Part shown: piece by piece, positions 44,668 through 54,782 of the stretch | How the letters are laid out: every line of letters starts with the position of its first letter | How positions within the stretch are numbered: the stretch's first letter is position 1 | NCBI GenBank assembly: GCA_049325335.1 | Contig: JBMOMC010000002.1 | Coordinates: 224,001 to 288,000, forward strand | From: Nitrospirota bacterium | GTDB taxonomy: Bacteria > Nitrospirota > Nitrospiria > 2-01-FULL-66-17 | Reading direction: 5' to 3' | Length of the DNA stretch: 64,000 nt | Translations under genes and position numbers: made by a program | The notes under the pieces: model-generated | Told to the model about the DNA's origin: nothing | Seen by the model: the letters and a program-made list of their open reading frames with translations, nothing else | Database searches by the model: none

Positions 44668-45752
44668 GAATGTTGTTCGTGGTGAGCAATCTGCAGGGCG
44701 GCGGCGCCGAGAAAGCGATGGTCAAGCTGGCGGAGGGCCTTGCAGCGCGGGGACATGAGGTCCATTTTCTGGTTTTGGAGGAGTCCGGCGATTATCCGCC
44801 GCCCCGCGGCGTTCAGTGGCAGACGTTGACCCATCCGCCTCGACGCATGTCGACCGGCTGGCTGGGCAAGCGAGTCTTGGCGTTGCGTCTGCGTGCATGG
44901 TTTCGGCGCGTGACGTCGGCGGGACCGTTCGACTTCGCCATGTCGACGTTGCCGTTCGCCGATGAAGTGGTCCGCTTGGCTCGGTTGTCGGGCTTCTGGT
45001 TCCGGATCTCCAACACGCTGTCGGTGGAGGTTGAACAACTGGCGCACAACCGTCCGCGAAAAGCCGCCCGCCGATTGGCCCGCTATCGGCGGATCTACGA
45101 CGGGCAGCAACTGATCGCGGTCTCGCAGGGAGTGGCCCGCGATCTCGGCGACACACTCGGTTTACGGAAAGCCCGCATCGTCACGGTGTACAGTCCGTTC
45201 GACTTCGACGCCATACGCCGTCTGGCAGACGCCCCGGAGCCCGATTTACCCACGCAACCCTATCTTCTCCATGTCGGACGGTTCGCCAAGCAGAAACGGC
45301 ATGATCTTCTGCTCGATGCGTTTGTTGCGGCGAACCTGCCGCATCGACTGGTGTTATTAGTCCCCCCCGTCCCGACCCTGACCGCGATGATCGCCGCGCG
45401 CGGCCTAACCGGGCGGGTAACCGTTGCCGGGTTCCGACCCAATCCGTATCCCTGGTTGGCACACGCCTCCGCGCTCGTGCTCTGCTCGGATTACGAGGGC
45501 ATGCCGAACGTGCTGGTCGAGGCGCTCGCCTGCGGGACTCCGGTGGTGAGCACGGATTGTCCGTCCGGCCCGCGCGAAATCCTCACGGGGCCCCTGCAGC
45601 GCTATCTCGTGCCCCGGGGTGATATCGGCGCGCTCGCCCGCATGTTGCGCGAGGTGATCGACGCGCCGCCCGTGGTGGATCTCCGCGTGCTCGCGCCGTT
45701 CTCCCAGGGCGCGGCGCTCGACGCCATCGAGTCCCTCGCCGCAACTGGATAG
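44664..45752 (+). CDS. Glycosyltransferase (GT4)
   Basis: GGGAEK, GRFAKQK, SDYEGMPNVLVEALACG. Confidence 0.92.
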   Translation: MRMLFVVSNLQGGGAEKAMVKLAEGLAARGHEVHFLVLEESGDYPPPRGVQWQTLTHPPRRMSTGWLGKRVLALRLRAWFRRVTSAGPFDFAMSTLPFADEVVRLARLSGFWFRISNTLSVEVEQLAHNRPRKAARRLARYRRIYDGQQLIAVSQGVARDLGDTLGLRKARIVTVYSPFDFDAIRRLADAPEPDLPTQPYLLHVGRFAKQKRHDLLLDAFVAANLPHRLVLLVPPVPTLTAMIAARGLTGRVTVAGFRPNPYPWLAHASALVLCSDYEGMPNVLVEALACGTPVVSTDCPSGPREILTGPLQRYLVPRGDIGALARMLREVIDAPPVVDLRVLAPFSQGAALDAIESLAATG

Positions 45753-45759
45753 GCTGGCC

Positions 45760-47613
45760 GTGTGCGGCATTCTCGGGTTTGTCGAGTTCGATGCGGGCGG
45801 CGCCGAGCAGTCCGCGCTGGACGCTCTCAACAGCCGCGGCCCCGATGGCCGCGAGCTGATGGAGGTGGCGCCGGGCGTGCGGTTTGGCCATGCGCGACTC
45901 GCCGTCATCGACGTGGAGGGCGGGCGCCAGCCCATGACGAGCGCGGATGGACGCTACACGGTGGTCTACAATGGCGAGATCTACAATTTTCGCGAACTCC
46001 GCGACGAGCTCGCGGCTGGTGGGAGTTCCTTCTTGACGCATTCCGACACCGAGGTATTGCTCAACGGGTACGGCCGTTGGGGTACCGCGTTGCCCCAACG
46101 CCTCGACGGCATGTTCGCCTTCGCGCTGTGGGACCGCCGAGAGAAGACGCTGTTTTGCGCGCGGGACAGGATCGGCGTCAAGCCGTTTTTTTACGCGGCC
46201 GGCCCCGCAGTGGGCCGCGGATTGGTTTTCGCCTCCACGCTCGCGCCGTTTATGGCGCTGCCGACGCTGCCCCGTCCGATCGATTATGAGGCGCTGCGCG
46301 ACTATCTCGCGATGCAGACGGTGTCAGCCCCGCGGTCCCTCGTCAAAACGGTGAGGCAACTCCCGCCGGCACACTGGCTGCTGTGGCGAAAACAGGCGGA
46401 GCCCGTGATTGAAGCGTACTGGTCCATTCCGGGCCCGAATCGGGCCGGCGCCGCCACGCGGACGGAGTTCATTGAGGCGGCGGACGCGGCGCTCGCCGAG
46501 AGCGTTCGGCGTCAACTGATCGCCGACGTGCCGATCGGCGCGTTTCTTTCGGGCGGAATCGACAGCAGCCTGGTCGTGCACTATATGTCCGCGGCTGGCG
46601 CCAAGCCCGTTCGCACCTTTTCCGTGCGATTTGCCGCCGCGTCGGTCGACGAATCAGCCGTCGCGCTCGACGTCGCGCGGCAGTATGGAAGCGAGCATAC
46701 CGTGTTCGATGCGGAAGATCTGTCGGGCGACGCGTGGCGTACCCTCATCGACACCCAGGATCAGCCGCTTGCGGATCCGGCGTTCGTTCCGCTTGCGGCG
46801 TTGTCTCGGTTGACGCGCCAATCCGTCACGGTGGCGCTATCGGGTGACGGTGGTGATGAACTCTTCGGCGGTTACGCGCGGTTTTTCGACACCGAGGGTC
46901 GCCACCCGGCGAAATGTTGGCAGCCGTGGCTGGCGGCATTGATCCGTCGGGGACTGGCGCCGCCGGCCCTGACGCGCCGGGCGTTGTCGGGTCGTGCCCT
47001 GATTGATTACCAGAAGGTCGAACTGGGTCCGTATCCGGGGACGCGCAAGGATTTCGCGGCCTATTTGCGGCCCGAGGCGCTTGCGGCCACCCGGCCCGAT
47101 CGGGTGTTGGATCAGTGGCACGCGCTGCTTGAGCAGTTCGGCGGACAAGCCGACACTGATGCCATGATGCGGGCCGACCTGTGGACGTATCTGAGCGACA
47201 ACTGTCTGATGAAGACGGACCGCGCGGCCATGGCCTTCGGGCTTGAGGGCCGCGTGCCGCTGCTCGGCAACCCCGTGCTCGACCTCGTGTTGCCGCAACC
47301 GGCATCGATCCATTTCGACCACGCGCCTAAGGCGGTCTTGAGGGCGCTCGCCCAACGCTATTTGCCGAGGTCGGTATGGGACCGTCCCAAACAGGGGTTC
47401 ACGGTGCCGCTTGATCGGTATTTCCATGGAGCGTGGAAAGCCGTGGGCGACGAGCTGGTGTCCCGTAGCCGTGAACTGGCGCCTTGGTTGCGGGAGGAAG
47501 CCATTCGGTCGCTTTGGGGGCAGGCGCGCCATCGCGGGTCACGGCGATTGATGTACACATTTCTGGTTCTGCTCGCATGGCTGGACCGACATCATCGAAA
47601 CATCACGATCTGA
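45760..47613 (+). CDS. asnB: Asparagine synthase-like glutamine amidotransferase (polysaccharide amidation)
   Basis: N-terminal MCGI, RGPD, NGEIYNF, LSGGIDSS, SGDGGDELFGGY, KQGF. Confidence 0.92.
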   Translation: MCGILGFVEFDAGGAEQSALDALNSRGPDGRELMEVAPGVRFGHARLAVIDVEGGRQPMTSADGRYTVVYNGEIYNFRELRDELAAGGSSFLTHSDTEVLLNGYGRWGTALPQRLDGMFAFALWDRREKTLFCARDRIGVKPFFYAAGPAVGRGLVFASTLAPFMALPTLPRPIDYEALRDYLAMQTVSAPRSLVKTVRQLPPAHWLLWRKQAEPVIEAYWSIPGPNRAGAATRTEFIEAADAALAESVRRQLIADVPIGAFLSGGIDSSLVVHYMSAAGAKPVRTFSVRFAAASVDESAVALDVARQYGSEHTVFDAEDLSGDAWRTLIDTQDQPLADPAFVPLAALSRLTRQSVTVALSGDGGDELFGGYARFFDTEGRHPAKCWQPWLAALIRRGLAPPALTRRALSGRALIDYQKVELGPYPGTRKDFAAYLRPEALAATRPDRVLDQWHALLEQFGGQADTDAMMRADLWTYLSDNCLMKTDRAAMAFGLEGRVPLLGNPVLDLVLPQPASIHFDHAPKAVLRALAQRYLPRSVWDRPKQGFTVPLDRYFHGAWKAVGDELVSRSRELAPWLREEAIRSLWGQARHRGSRRLMYTFLVLLAWLDRHHRNITI

Positions 47614-47750
47614 TGGCGGCGGGCTCACCGCGTGCCGAGGCCGTTGTTGCGGACCTTTGCGCTCGTACGCTATAGTAAACCACCGGTTTTTGGGGGGCTG
47701 AGAGGACGCGTGCGAGGGATCGCCGGCTGGCGGCATATCGGGGTCTCAGG

Positions 47751-49100
47751 GTGAGGCGATTTTGCGTCGCTACGTGTGAACTGGCGGTGGTTGCGGTCGC
47801 GGTGGTCTTGGCGGGTTGTGCACTTCAGGGCTCCCAGGTCCGGCGGTCGCCTGCTCCGGACGTGTCGCTCCCCTTGGCGTTCGATTCTACGCACGCGCTG
47901 TCGGACAAAGCTGCGTGGTTCGAGGCCAAGATTCTCCGTCAGCATCTGACCCCGGAGGGGCTGCTGGCGTACCGGATCGACCCCGCCCGCGAAGCGCTCA
48001 CACCGACGGCCATCGTGGATATGGCCATATGGTCGGGCGTCTACCTTGCCGCGGAGTCGTTTCGGTATCAAGCCGAGCGATCCCCTGAGGCGCACGCTCG
48101 GATGAGTGCGTTGGTCGACGGGATCGCGGCCCTGGAATCCATCGCGGGCGAACGCGGCGTGCTGGCGCGGGCGATCATCCCGCGAAACACGGGTTTGTCG
48201 TTCGAGGGCAAGGAGTGGCATCCGTCGTCCGCGAACCCTGATGCGATGTGGATGAGCAACGCGAGCGTGGATCAACTCGATGGGATCATGTTCGGCGCCG
48301 GGGTCGCGTTCGACGCGCTGGAGGACGGGGAGGCGCGGCGGCGGCTGGTTGCCGCGATCGAGGGGATCGTCGGCGGAATGGTCGAACACGACATGACGCT
48401 CCGGGATGTCGGGGGAACACGCACCAAACACGGAGATCTGACGTGCGGAATGTTGACCGAGAACCTCAACTGCCTCATTGCACTGTCGGCGGTGAAGGTC
48501 GCGCATCACGTGACCGGGAGCGAGCGGTTCGCGGAGGCGTACCGAACGTTGGTTCGGCGCGGGTATCCCGAACATGCGGTCGCGGCGCGGGATCGGTGGT
48601 GGGAAGGGTTGACCGGGGTGAATCATTCTGACAATAATCTGGCGTTTCTGGCCTACTACAATCTCATCCGGTACGAAACCGATCCGCGACTCTCCGCGCT
48701 CTATCAACAGAGCTTGCGCCGTGCGTGGTCGGTGGTGCGGCGGGAGAAGAACCCGTTGTTCACCTTCGTCTACCACGCGGTGACGCCTCGCTCGGAGTGG
48801 GACGCCGCGGCGCTGGAGGACGCGAAAGACACGCTGTTGCGATTCCCGACCATGGAGAGTCGGTACGATCCCGAGGTGTTGGCGCGGGGGTGCGTGTCGC
48901 CGCGGTTGGATCGCTTGAATCGCCGCCAGGCGTGCGAGCCGCTGCCTATGGATGAACGGCCGCAGGTCGCGGTCGAGTGGAACCAGAATCCCTCCCGGAT
49001 CGAGCGCGGCACGCGCGATCGCGCGGCGTACAGCGGGTTCGATTATCTCGTGGCCTATTGGTTGGGCCGTGCGCACGGGTTTATCCCCGCGGCGGCGTGA
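47751..49100 (+). CDS. Lipoprotein of unknown function (helical, possibly alpha/alpha-toroid)
   Basis: Lipobox LAG-C; 449-aa ORF in operon context. Confidence 0.7.
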   Translation: MRRFCVATCELAVVAVAVVLAGCALQGSQVRRSPAPDVSLPLAFDSTHALSDKAAWFEAKILRQHLTPEGLLAYRIDPAREALTPTAIVDMAIWSGVYLAAESFRYQAERSPEAHARMSALVDGIAALESIAGERGVLARAIIPRNTGLSFEGKEWHPSSANPDAMWMSNASVDQLDGIMFGAGVAFDALEDGEARRRLVAAIEGIVGGMVEHDMTLRDVGGTRTKHGDLTCGMLTENLNCLIALSAVKVAHHVTGSERFAEAYRTLVRRGYPEHAVAARDRWWEGLTGVNHSDNNLAFLAYYNLIRYETDPRLSALYQQSLRRAWSVVRREKNPLFTFVYHAVTPRSEWDAAALEDAKDTLLRFPTMESRYDPEVLARGCVSPRLDRLNRRQACEPLPMDERPQVAVEWNQNPSRIERGTRDRAAYSGFDYLVAYWLGRAHGFIPAAA

Positions 49101-49115
49101 GGGATTGAAGCGCGC

Positions 49116-50030
49116 ATGGGCGGGATGAAGCTCTCAGGATTCACGTTTGTCCGCAACGCGGTGCTGCTGGACTATCCGGTGGTCGAAAGCATCTTGTCGA
49201 TCCTGCCGATCGTGGACGAATTTATCGTGAACGTCGGGCCGAGTGAGGACGGGACGCTGGACCTGATTCGGGCGATCGGCCACCCCAAGGTCAAGATCAT
49301 TCAAAGCCAGTGGAATCCGAATATCGTTTCCGGTGGGTATATCTGCGCGCAACAAACCAACATCGCATTGTTCAACTGCATGGGTAAGTGGGCGTTTTAC
49401 CTCCAGCCGGACGAAGTGGTGCACGAGGATGATCACCCTCACATCATGGAATCCGTCGACCGATACATCGACGACGACCGCGTGGAGGGGTTGACCCTCC
49501 GCGAGTTGAACTTTTGGGGCGATTGCCGGACGATCATGCGCGTGTACCCACAGTGGATGCGGCGCCGGGTGTGGATTGTCAAACCGCATCGGTTCACGCT
49601 CTCGCGCGGCGACGCCGCGGGGTTCACTGTGCACCCCAAATATAAGGAGCGTGGCCGTCGGATTCGGGTGACGGATACCCGCGCGCGGTTGTTTCACGTC
49701 GGCGGCGTGAAGTCCGACGAGGCCCTGCGCTATAAGTGCCGCGCGTTTTCTGCGGTGTTTCAAGGCGACCGCTCCGGCGCCTATGAGTGGGAGGATTCCT
49801 ACTATTACCAGAAAGCGCCGCGGCAGTTCGTGGCGCGGTTCGAAGGGACCTGCCCCAAGGTCTTGGAGGGGTGGATCCGGAAACACCAGCGGACCATTGA
49901 TTTGGAGTCGCCGCAGTGGCGCACGACTCTGACCTGGAAGGAGCGGTGGCGGCTGGCGCGCACGTTCTGGAGCCAACGCGTGACGGATCGGTATCCGAGC
50001 CGGAGCAGCTACCGGTTGTTGCGGGAGTAG
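49116..50030 (+). CDS. Glycosyltransferase (GT2-like)
   Basis: SGFTFVRNA...ESILSILPIVDE...SEDGT...YLQPDEV. Confidence 0.85.
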   Translation: MGGMKLSGFTFVRNAVLLDYPVVESILSILPIVDEFIVNVGPSEDGTLDLIRAIGHPKVKIIQSQWNPNIVSGGYICAQQTNIALFNCMGKWAFYLQPDEVVHEDDHPHIMESVDRYIDDDRVEGLTLRELNFWGDCRTIMRVYPQWMRRRVWIVKPHRFTLSRGDAAGFTVHPKYKERGRRIRVTDTRARLFHVGGVKSDEALRYKCRAFSAVFQGDRSGAYEWEDSYYYQKAPRQFVARFEGTCPKVLEGWIRKHQRTIDLESPQWRTTLTWKERWRLARTFWSQRVTDRYPSRSSYRLLRE

Positions 50031-50037
50031 CGGGGGG

Positions 50038-50766
50038 ACGGAAATCGGCCCGACAAAACTAGACGAATACGCGGCCAAGCGCGCCCACTATCAAATCGGG
50101 GACGTCGCGGGTCGGTACGACGCCGAGCGGTGGACCAAGGGCACCAGGCGCTGGAGCAATCGCCGGAAGTTTCTCGCGATCAGCAAGGCGCTTGCGTTGG
50201 CGCGTCGATTGGGCGGGTCGGTGCGGACCGCGCTCGACTGCCCCTGCGGCACGGGGCGGATTCTCCCGCTGCTGTCCGCCGAGAAGCTGCGCGTGGTGGG
50301 GTCCGATTTGTCGTTGGAAATGATGGGGCAAATTCGCCGCAAGTCATTCGACTCGTCGTCCGCGCTCCGGGGGTTGGTTCGGGGCGACGCCGAGCGTCTG
50401 CCATACCGCGACAACGGGTTCGACGTGGTGCTGAGCATCCGGTTCTTGTTCCATCTGCCGACCGACGTGCGCCGGCGCATCGTGCGGGAGATGGCGCGGG
50501 TCAGCCGCGAGTGGTTGATCCTGGACTACCGGCACAAATACACGCTCAAGTACGCGCTCAAGCGGCTCAAACATGCGCTCGGGATGTCTCGCGAGGAGTA
50601 CCGGCGCGTGTCCCGGGCGGACATTGACGCGGATTTTCGCGCCGCGGGCATCGACTTGGTCAAAATTTTCCCGACTGTGCCCGGGTTGTCGGACAAGTGG
50701 GTGATCCTCGCTCGCAAGGTGCCATCGTGTGGCTCGTCATCGACGACCGATACCGCGACCTTCTAA
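50038..50766 (+). CDS. Class I SAM-dependent methyltransferase; start uncertain, possibly non-canonical
   Basis: LDCPCGTGR, DLSLEMM, GDAERLPY. Protein-like frame extends ~53 codons upstream of the first TTG (50197). Confidence 0.8.
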   Translation, partial: TEIGPTKLDEYAAKRAHYQIGDVAGRYDAERWTKGTRRWSNRRKFLAISKALALARRLGGSVRTALDCPCGTGRILPLLSAEKLRVVGSDLSLEMMGQIRRKSFDSSSALRGLVRGDAERLPYRDNGFDVVLSIRFLFHLPTDVRRRIVREMARVSREWLILDYRHKYTLKYALKRLKHALGMSREEYRRVSRADIDADFRAAGIDLVKIFPTVPGLSDKWVILARKVPSCGSSSTTDTATF

Positions 50767-51581
50767 GCCGAGCGGGGTTTAACGCGTTCGCGGACTTCAT
50801 GGCGTTCAGTGGCGGAGACGTGATCAAGCGCCTGCCCAACAAGACGATCATGCGTATGGAGGTGGCGTCTCCGGCGGGTCCCCGGCGGTATTTTCTCAAG
50901 CGCCATACCGGGCCCGTGCGGTGGGGCGAACGCCTCCGGGCGCTGTGCTCGGGGTTTGCCCCGTCGTGGGGCCGCAAAGAGTGGGAAGTGATTCGCGCGT
51001 TTCAGCAGGCCGGGATCCCGACCATGACGCCGGTCGCGGCCGGGGAGCGGAGGTCCGGTCGGGGATGCGAGTCGTTCGTGATGACCGAAGAGTTGACCGG
51101 GTTTCGGTCGCTGGAGGCGCTCGTGCCCTCGCGGTATTCGCTTCCGCTCGATTCCGCCGCGGTGAGGGGAAAACGCGCGTTCATTCGCCAAGTCGCTGAT
51201 CTGACCCGGCGTCTTCACGGGGCGGGATTCAACCACCGCGATTGGTACCTGTGCCATATTTTCGCGCGCCGGGAAGAGGACGAGACGTGGTCCCTGCGAG
51301 TGCTCGACCTGCAGCGCGTGGATCGGCGACGCTGGTTTCGGCGGCGGTGGATCGTGAAAGATCTGGCCGCGCTGAACTACTCCGCGCCGCCGGGGGTCGT
51401 GACCGCCAGCGACCGCGTGCGTTTTTTGAAGGCCTATCTCAATGAGTCGGGCGCTTTGCGCACGCACCGCGCATTGATCGGGGCGATCGTCCGCAAAACC
51501 GCGCGCATTCGCCGGCACGACGCGCGGCTCAAACACAAGCGGCAGTCGTCCCAGGCGGCCGCCGCGTCGTCGGCCACATGA
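50727..51581 (+). CDS. waaP: LPS core heptose kinase (WaaP/Kdo kinase family)
   Basis: YFLKRH, NHRDWYLCHIF, LDLQR, KDLAALNYS. Start 50697 or 50727. Confidence 0.8.
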   Translation: MWLVIDDRYRDLLSRAGFNAFADFMAFSGGDVIKRLPNKTIMRMEVASPAGPRRYFLKRHTGPVRWGERLRALCSGFAPSWGRKEWEVIRAFQQAGIPTMTPVAAGERRSGRGCESFVMTEELTGFRSLEALVPSRYSLPLDSAAVRGKRAFIRQVADLTRRLHGAGFNHRDWYLCHIFARREEDETWSLRVLDLQRVDRRRWFRRRWIVKDLAALNYSAPPGVVTASDRVRFLKAYLNESGALRTHRALIGAIVRKTARIRRHDARLKHKRQSSQAAAASSAT

Positions 51582-52750
51582 AGATCGCGATCATCCGAAA
51601 GAAATACAATCCCTTCGGCGGGGCGGAGCGGTACCTGAATCTCCTATCCACCTCGCTGACGCGGTCCGGCCACGAGGTCCACGTCTACGCCAACCAGTGG
51701 TCGACGGCCGTTGACTCGCACGTCACGGTGCATCACGTCCCGATGATCGGAGGGCTCTCCCTGCTGAAGGTGTGGAGTTTCGCGCTCGCCGCGCTTGTGA
51801 TCGTGAAGCCGTCGGAGTACGACGCGATTCTGAGCAACGAGCGGCTGTTGTCGCACGACGTCTTCCGCGTGTCCGACGGCGTGCATCGCACGTGGCTTGC
51901 CATACGCTGGCGACACGCGGGGTTGGTCAAGCGGCTCTCCTTTCTGCTCAATCCCCTCCACTGGTCCGTGCGATTTCTGGATTGGCGGGTGTTTAGTCGC
52001 CGGCGCTTTCGGACGATCATTGCGCCGTCCGAGTTCATCAAGCGGGATATCCTCGCGACGTACCCGCGCGTTCGAGCGGATGACGTGCGTGTCGTCTATA
52101 ATGGCGTGGATCTCGACCGGTTTCGACCCGAGAACAAGACCCGGTTTCGGGACGAGATCCGCCGCGAACTCGGATTGGGCGCGCGGCAGCCCGTGCTGCT
52201 GTTCGTGGGAACCGGATTCGAGCGCAAGGGGTTACGCTACGCCATCGAAGCGCTGCGGCACCTCCCCCCTGAAACGGTTCTGATCGTGATCGGGAAGGGG
52301 CGGGCGCGGTGGTATCGCGCGCAGGCGCGCACGTGGGGCGTGGCCGAGCGTGTCCTGTTTCTGGGTCCGCGCGATGGAACCGAGGCCTATTACGCGGCGT
52401 GCGATGTCCTGGTCTTCCCCACGCTCTACGAGCCGATGGGCAACGTGGTGCTGGAAGCCCTTGCGTCGGGTATCCCGGTCGTCACCAGCCGGTGGTCCGG
52501 GAGCGCGGAGGTCCTCTCGGAGGGCAAGGACGGGTGGATGATCGACGATCCCACCGACCCGCGGAGCGTGGCGACCCAAGCGGCCGCCGCGATCAAAGGG
52601 GCCGAGTCAACCGATACCGAACGACAGGCGCGGATGAAGGCCGAGCGTTTTGACCTGTCCGTCACGGTCCGGAACGTGGTCGAGGTGCTTGCGGGAATGG
52701 ATCGACCCGATGGCGATCGTACTCGACGATCGGGCGTTATGTGCGCCTGA
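51578..52750 (+). CDS. GT4 glycosyltransferase, WaaG-like
   Basis: KYNPFGGAERY, GTGFERKG, YEPMGNVVLEALASG; adjacent to waaP. Confidence 0.88.
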   Translation: MKIAIIRKKYNPFGGAERYLNLLSTSLTRSGHEVHVYANQWSTAVDSHVTVHHVPMIGGLSLLKVWSFALAALVIVKPSEYDAILSNERLLSHDVFRVSDGVHRTWLAIRWRHAGLVKRLSFLLNPLHWSVRFLDWRVFSRRRFRTIIAPSEFIKRDILATYPRVRADDVRVVYNGVDLDRFRPENKTRFRDEIRRELGLGARQPVLLFVGTGFERKGLRYAIEALRHLPPETVLIVIGKGRARWYRAQARTWGVAERVLFLGPRDGTEAYYAACDVLVFPTLYEPMGNVVLEALASGIPVVTSRWSGSAEVLSEGKDGWMIDDPTDPRSVATQAAAAIKGAESTDTERQARMKAERFDLSVTVRNVVEVLAGMDRPDGDRTRRSGVMCA

Positions 52751-52880
52751 CGTCACAACGTCCGATTGAGGACGTCCGGTCCGGGTGTTCCAGTCGGGTC
52801 GCCGTGCGACCGGTTTCGCCGCTTGTGACGGCGGGCCGGTAACTGCAAAATCACGCACGAATGGGTGGAGGTGGTCAAGG

Positions 52881-54779
52881 GTGAATGACAAGAGGTCTTC
52901 GTCGCTGAATCGTCGCGAGAGAACGCGAGCCCTCTGGCTCTTCGTCGCCGCCAACGTCGCGTTGTCGCTCTGGATCGCGTCGCCGTATCTCGAGTTCGGG
53001 CCATTGCGCGGGGAGTGGGGGGCGTGGGCCTTCACGCGCGTGGCGTTTCTCTCCCACTTCGCGACACTGGCCATTCTGCTCGGCCTGGTCCTCTGGCCGT
53101 TGGTCGCGTTGTTCTCATCGCGAACCGTGTTGCTGACGGCTCCGCCCCTCCTGATGTTCTTGTATCAATTCATTCTCATATTGGATGTGCGGATCTACGC
53201 CCTGTTCCGATTTCACCTGAATGGCTTGGTGCTCAACACGCTGACCACCGAGGGGTCGTGGGATTCGGTCACGCTCGGGCGGAGCACGATCCTTACCTCC
53301 GTGGTTGTCCTGGCCGCACTGGCGCTGGCCGAGTGGGCGGCGATGTACGCGATCCTTCGCGCGCTCGTGCGGCGTGGTGGTCCCGCGCGGTCGCGTCGAT
53401 GGGCGCCCGCGATCGTGGCGGTATTTGTGTTGGTTGTGGCGACCGACAAACTGGGATTCGCCTACGCGAACTTCCACGACAAGCTGGAAGTTACGCGGTA
53501 CCAGCGGCTGTTTCCTCTGTACCGGACGTTGTTGCTGGACAAATCCTTTGAGAAATATCTGGGGTGGAAAAAGCCGGCCGCGATGCCCACCGCCGCGATC
53601 CCAGGGGGCGGGCTCCTGCGCTACCCGCTGGGCGACGTCGTGGTCGACGAGACCGGACCGCCCTGGAACATCGTCTGGATCGCCGTGGAATCTTGGAGGT
53701 CCGACACGTTTAATGATGAGCTGACCCCGCACGTAGCGGCGTTCGGCCGGCGGGCCAAGGTGTTCGACCGGCATTTCAGCGGAGGCAACGCCACACGGTT
53801 CGGGATCTTCTCGCTCTTCTACGGGCTCTACGGGTCGTACTGGCACCAGTTCCTGGCGGAACGGCGTTCGCCCGTGTTTCTGGACGTGCTGCAGCAACGC
53901 AACTACGAATTCCTGATCGCCTCGAGCACGCAACTGTCCTATCCCGAATTTCGCGACACTGCGTTCGTGAAGCTTCCGCCCGAGGTCATCAACGATCGCC
54001 TCCCGGCCGACAGTGCGGTGGCGCGCGACGCCCTTATGGCAGACAAGTTCGACGCCTTCCTAGCAGACCGGAAGACGGATCAGCCGTTTTTCGCGTTCCT
54101 GTTCCCGGACTCGCCGCACGCCCCGTATCACTTCCCCCCGGAATTCGAGCAATACCGCCCGGTGACCGATCAAATCAACTATGCCCTCCTCAAGAAGGGG
54201 GGCGACCGCGCCGAGACCACGGGACTGTTCAACCGGTACCGAAACTCCGTGCTCTACGTTGATTCGATCATCGGGCGCATGCTCGACAGCCTCGACAAAC
54301 GGGGTTTGCTCGACCGGACGATCGTGGTGATCACCGGCGACCATGGCCAGGAGTTCTTCGAAACCGGATATCTTGGCCACAACAGCACATTCTCGACGTA
54401 TCAGAGTCAGGTGCCGTTGATTCTGTATTGGCCCGGGGTGACGCCGGGCCGGGACTCGCGGTTGACCAGTCACGTCGATATCGTGCCGACCATGTTCGCC
54501 CTCTTGGGCATCAAGGCGGCGCCGAAGTCGTACTCGCAAGGGATCTCCCTGGTGGAGGGGGGAATCCATCCTTTTGTCGTGGTCAGCGGGTGGGACACGT
54601 TGGGTTTGGTCGACGACCGTTCGACATTGGTTCTGTCGACCGAGTCCTACAATGCCGGCATGATCGAAGTGCGTCTGCCGCCGGGATATGTGTTGGCCGA
54701 CGACCCCCGGCGCATCCTGTCGGAACGCGCCCCGCAGTTGGGGGAACTGACCCGGGGTCTCGGCGAATTCCTTCGGTGA
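52881..54779 (+). CDS. YejM/PbgA(LapC)-like membrane sulfatase-fold protein (DUF3413)
   Basis: Five TM helices, FRFHLNG, LRYPL, HFSGGNATRFGIFSLFYGL, TGDHGQEF; GGAGG before GTG 52881. Confidence 0.85.
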   Translation: MNDKRSSSLNRRERTRALWLFVAANVALSLWIASPYLEFGPLRGEWGAWAFTRVAFLSHFATLAILLGLVLWPLVALFSSRTVLLTAPPLLMFLYQFILILDVRIYALFRFHLNGLVLNTLTTEGSWDSVTLGRSTILTSVVVLAALALAEWAAMYAILRALVRRGGPARSRRWAPAIVAVFVLVVATDKLGFAYANFHDKLEVTRYQRLFPLYRTLLLDKSFEKYLGWKKPAAMPTAAIPGGGLLRYPLGDVVVDETGPPWNIVWIAVESWRSDTFNDELTPHVAAFGRRAKVFDRHFSGGNATRFGIFSLFYGLYGSYWHQFLAERRSPVFLDVLQQRNYEFLIASSTQLSYPEFRDTAFVKLPPEVINDRLPADSAVARDALMADKFDAFLADRKTDQPFFAFLFPDSPHAPYHFPPEFEQYRPVTDQINYALLKKGGDRAETTGLFNRYRNSVLYVDSIIGRMLDSLDKRGLLDRTIVVITGDHGQEFFETGYLGHNSTFSTYQSQVPLILYWPGVTPGRDSRLTSHVDIVPTMFALLGIKAAPKSYSQGISLVEGGIHPFVVVSGWDTLGLVDDRSTLVLSTESYNAGMIEVRLPPGYVLADDPRRILSERAPQLGELTRGLGEFLR

Positions 54780-54782
54780 TCC

